DNA of 64,000 nt, from assembly GCA_965237955.1 (NCBI GenBank), contig OZ250169.1, positions 4,000,001 through 4,064,000 on the forward strand, written 5' to 3'. The DNA is from Candidatus Marinacidobacterales bacterium. Its GTDB lineage: Bacteria > Acidobacteriota > Vicinamibacteria > Marinacidobacterales > SMYC01. The notes under the pieces are model-generated. The model saw only the letters and a program-made list of their open reading frames with translations. It was not told where the DNA came from and did not search any database. Made by a program: the position numbers and the translations under genes. Shown in pieces: positions 60,772 to 64,000 of this stretch. How positions within the stretch are numbered: the stretch's first letter is position 1; every line of letters begins with the position of its first letter.

Positions 60772-61133
60772 TCTTGATTCTTGGGTTTCAAGAAGTAAAG
60801 GAAAGCTCTCTGGAATTGTTGTCCGCCTGGTTTTCTAAAACGAATCGATAGGCTCCAGGGCAGCTGTCTTTACTTTTTGTCTTCTTTCTTTCTTTGAACA
60901 GGTGAGAACGTGCCGGAATCTCATCGAGAGATCAAGTGACCTCCTTGGTGACTTGATTTTTGACTTCCAAGAAGTAAAGGAAACCTTTATAATGTTCCCA
61001 ACGCCTCCCTAGTTTAAAACGGAATCGACAGGCCCCAGGGCAGCCATCTTTACTTGTTATCTTCTTTACTTTTTTGACGAGGCAAGGAGGTGCCATGAAA
61101 GTGAGTAGGATTTCATCAAAAGGTCAAGTGACC
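60772..61133 (+). repeat. Diverged tandem duplication of TA promoter and antitoxin 5' end (60772-60941 and 60951-61133)
   Basis: Shared blocks CAAGAAGTAAAGGAAA, TAAAACG, GAATCGA.AGGC.CCAGGGCAGC, TCTTTACTT and TCATC..TCAAGTGACC occur in the same order. Confidence 0.8.
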
Positions 61134-61319
61134 ATTCCCAAAGCGATTCGGGAAAGCCTTGGGGTCAGACCAGGCGATCTGATTGCGTACGAGGTTCAGG
61201 ACGACGGTGTTGCGCTCCGACCGGTGGAGGCGATGAACGAGGCGTTCCACGACTACCTTTCGCTCACGCTGGACGAGTGGGACACCCCGATCGATGACGA
61301 GGCCTTCCATGGTCTGTGA
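61095..61319 (+). CDS. AbrB/MazE-type antitoxin
   Basis: ISSKGQVTIPKAIRESLGVRPGD motif, acidic C-terminus EW..DDEAF, AAGGAGG RBS. Confidence 0.88.
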   Translation: MKVSRISSKGQVTIPKAIRESLGVRPGDLIAYEVQDDGVALRPVEAMNEAFHDYLSLTLDEWDTPIDDEAFHGL

Positions 61320-61698
61320 ACGGGGCGATGTCGTTGTCATACCGTTCCCCTTCGCTGCCGGGGTCAAAGGCAAGAGGCGCCCCGCTCTAGTGATCAGCAC
61401 AAAGACCTTCAACGAGTTTGGATACACCATCTTGTCGATGATAACGACTCGGGGTCACCGGCCCTGGCCCGGCGACATCCTGCTCAAGGACTACCCGGAA
61501 GCCGGCTTTGGGGCCTCATGCCTCGTTCGGCTCAAGTTCTTTACGCTGGAGAACCGGTTTATCATGGACAGGATTGGGCGACTATCGTCCTCCGATCAGG
61601 AAAAGCTGGACGCCTCCTCTCGTCTTTACATCGCCAGTGGCTTCCTTCACGACGTGGATTTTCTCGTCGCAGAGCACGATCACCAGCCGGAAGTCTAG
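61309..61698 (+). CDS. PemK/MazF-family toxin
   Basis: RGDVVVIPFPF..KRRPALVIS..MITT motif; overlaps the antitoxin stop. Confidence 0.88.
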   Translation: MVCERGDVVVIPFPFAAGVKGKRRPALVISTKTFNEFGYTILSMITTRGHRPWPGDILLKDYPEAGFGASCLVRLKFFTLENRFIMDRIGRLSSSDQEKLDASSRLYIASGFLHDVDFLVAEHDHQPEV

Positions 61699-61774
61699 AG
61701 GCTCCGTTCCGCCCAGCCCCGAGTGTCAGAATGGTCCTCTTTCGTGAGGTGAGCGGGCTGATTCGGATGAAGCT

Positions 61775-63994
61775 CTAGCTTGACTCCGCAGGCGAGGCCA
61801 CCAAGAGGGAAGAGTCCTGTTCCTCCGCACGAGCTTCTAGCCGTTTCCGGCCTCGTGGTTCTCGCGGCGTGCCTGGCTTGTTGGGCGTTCGACGCTTCTT
61901 TTCGGCTCCACCACACCGGCCACAGATGTCGCGATCCGACTCGACTTGGAGGTAAACACGCGGGCACTTCGTGCACGGCCGGTAGCCATGATTACCGAAG
62001 AGCGCCTCCCCGAGCGCAAAGTAGAGAGCGTCGAGAACATTGTGCCACTCCGTGCTCGCCTTCCAACCCTCTTGAATGTTGTATTCGTGCTTGAAGGACT
62101 TCCTCCGGGCGGCGCCAAGCACCTCGCGCACGCCTTCGGCCGCAGTTAGCCATGTGAGGTACTCTTCCTTGGTCCAGTGGTCTGGCGACTCCAGGACATT
62201 TCCTCCCAAACGCTCTAGCCAATCCATCACACGGGTCAGCTGAGCACCGTGGTCAGACTCGTCCTTGAACGGCTTCCGAGCGGATTTGAACCCACCCACT
62301 GGATTGGTCGAGTCAATGAGTCGCCTCTCGATCTCCTCAAAGGCTTCCAAGTTCTCCTTCAAGATCCTGAGCACCTCAGCTCGGATCTCCGTGCCGGGAG
62401 GCGAGTCTCTTCCCAGCGTGCCTGCGTGCGCTGGCGTCATGAGAACACCGAGGCGGAACAGAAATCGGAAACGTCGTTGCTCGCTCCAAAAGCGCTCGAG
62501 GGGGAGGCTCCAATCGAGCAGAGTGGGTATTCCCTTGTTGCCGGTATCGCTGGCGCCAACTGGTCGAGCCAACTTCAACTCATAATGTCCGTCCCAAAGA
62601 AGCGGACCGAACTTTTGGGTGAAGGACTTTGCTGCCTTGGCCGTTTCGCCATGCGCCGCTAGATTGGTGAATTCGAGGTGCGCACCGTCGAAAGGCACGA
62701 CGGCTTGTTTCTCGTCGGCAACCGGCCCCGTCGCTACACTGAGGAAGGATGGTGCTACCTCCCACAACGCCGCCGGCGACTCGTTTCGTCGCTGCGGGGC
62801 TCGTTTCACATGCCCGAGCAGCCGACCGCCTTGGGTCCGAATCCTCCTCAGCTTTAGCAGCGACTCAGCCTCGAAGAGCTTCGGAGCGGCGTGTCCTGCT
62901 TGCGACTCGTTCATCGCGTCACGTCTCTCCAGGACCATCAACCGGTTTTCCGTGACTCGATCCTCATAAGCTCGGCGAACCTGGGTCTCCACGGCTGGAT
63001 GGAGACCCAACAACGCGTTCAGGTCAACGCGATTCACGCTCAAAAGCTCCGTATTGGCGAGGGCAGTCACGGCAGCCTCGGGAGGTAAACCCCTCAAGAC
63101 GGAAAGCGCGTCAAAGAAATCGCCCTCTGCGAATGTGGCTACTCGAAGTCGCCGGCCCTGTTGCTGGCAAGTGACTTCCACTTCGCCCGTGCTCACGATG
63201 AGCATGGAGTCACTCGAGTCGGACGCCGAAAGAATCGCCGTACCCGCCTCCACCTTGCGGCGGACGAGCGTGCGGGCAACACCGGTAAGCTCTCGAGCGT
63301 TGAGTCCCGAGAAGAGTGGGATCCCGACTAGCTCATCGGTCGCGAGCGGTGCGGGCTCGCCCAACTCGGTGTCGCTATCGTTCCCGGATGGTATGGCGAG
63401 ATCGGTCCCTTCCGGCCGCAGCCAAGCGATGGCATCAGCGAGCTCTTAAGCGTTTAGAGCCGAGAAGAGTTGGGCTCCGATAGGATCGTCCGCCGCGAGC
63501 GGTGCGGGCTCGCCCACCAGGTTGTCGCTATCGTTCGATGATGGCGCGGTGAGATCGATCTCCTCCTGGAACCACGCGAACGCATCCGCGTCGCATTCGG
63601 CCACGCCAGGCACGGTCTCGACCATAATGTCGAGCTCCACTTCACCGCCACCTGCCGTTTCCTCTCCAGCGCTCGTCGAAGGTTCGTCAGCCGGCGGCGG
63701 GACGGCCACGGCCGCAGCCCAACTTTCAATCTCGATGCTTTCGGGTGGCGCGGTTTCACGCGAGCTCGCCTTTACTTCAAGCTCCGGCTCGGCTTCGCCG
63801 GTAGCCGCTTTCGTACTTTCCTTTTCAACCGAAAGCTCGCCAGCGTGGATTTCCGTTTGAGACATCTGAACCGGCGCATTGGACAGCGCATCGCTTCCCG
63901 AATCTGAATCGTGAGCGACGTCGAGTTTCGTGGCGGCCTGCGCATCGGCCTCGCTAGCTTCATGTGTTCTGGAACCAGTTCGAGGTTGCTTCAT
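61775..63994 (-). pseudogene. Acidic linker, cNMP-binding domain, unknown domain and C-terminal CxxC/CxxC zinc ribbon; in-frame TAA at 63446-63448; start may lie outside window
   Basis: IPLFSGL..GEVEV..GDFF..AAVTA cNMP fold and CTKC..CGRC. The ORFs at 63446-63994 and 61775-63364 share one frame. Confidence 0.6.
63288..63590. repeat. Tandem duplication, about 153-bp period
   Basis: Both units encode ADAxAW..DL..S.NDSD..GEPAPLA.D..G..LFS.LNA and share GCGAGCGGTGCGGGCTCGCCCA. Confidence 0.82.
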
Positions 63995-64000
63995 CCCGCC

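Noticed and set aside
31716-63448. In-frame stops as selenocysteine or pyrrolysine recoding, prompted by selD
   Set aside because: The stops are TAG or TAA rather than TGA, one appears to replace Trp, no pyl genes are seen, and the same genes also carry frameshifts.
1-64000. CRISPR array, tRNA or rRNA genes
   Set aside because: No regularly spaced repeat-spacer array, cloverleaf or rRNA-like sequence was found by eye. The repeats seen are coding, IS-derived or two-copy.

Overview
High-GC bacterial chromosomal window. An Acidobacteriota origin is inferred from an ADOP-type permease fragment, a PD40-repeat kinase tail and a pilin-like IAIPxLLRxR motif. No rRNA, tRNA or CRISPR array was seen. 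The left 25 kb is IS-rich. It holds four near-identical IS5-family (IS903-group) copies with no target duplications, two IS91-like remnants sharing an 88-bp end, an ISL3 and an IS256 with clean 8-bp target duplications, a tyrosine integrase followed by a SIR2-like gene, a MYXO-CTERM-tailed propeller protein, and a GH29 fucosidase gene hit by three different IS elements. The middle has cobS/cobT, a two-subunit hydroquinone 1,2-dioxygenase with maleylacetate reductase, and a repeat-bounded MNIO (DUF692/DUF2063) RiPP cassette with a twin-arginine, 11-Cys repeat precursor. That cassette sits between a convergent PPTase and PptH-like gene pair. The right half has crcB-DUF190, a selD fusion and dcyD. 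It also has a three-gene operon (FadL-like barrel, TPR-Ig-TM-STAND ATPase, STAND ATPase-Ser/Thr kinase) that looks like an uncharacterised trans-envelope signalling or conflict system, followed by a giant propeller/DUF11 surface protein, rfbB, a MazEF-like TA pair behind a decayed duplicate promoter, and a cNMP/zinc-ribbon protein. Many genes carry frameshifts, nonsense codons or internal deletions. Some may be long-read errors, but the IS insertions and internal deletions look like real decay. All family calls come from motif recognition by eye, not database searches.
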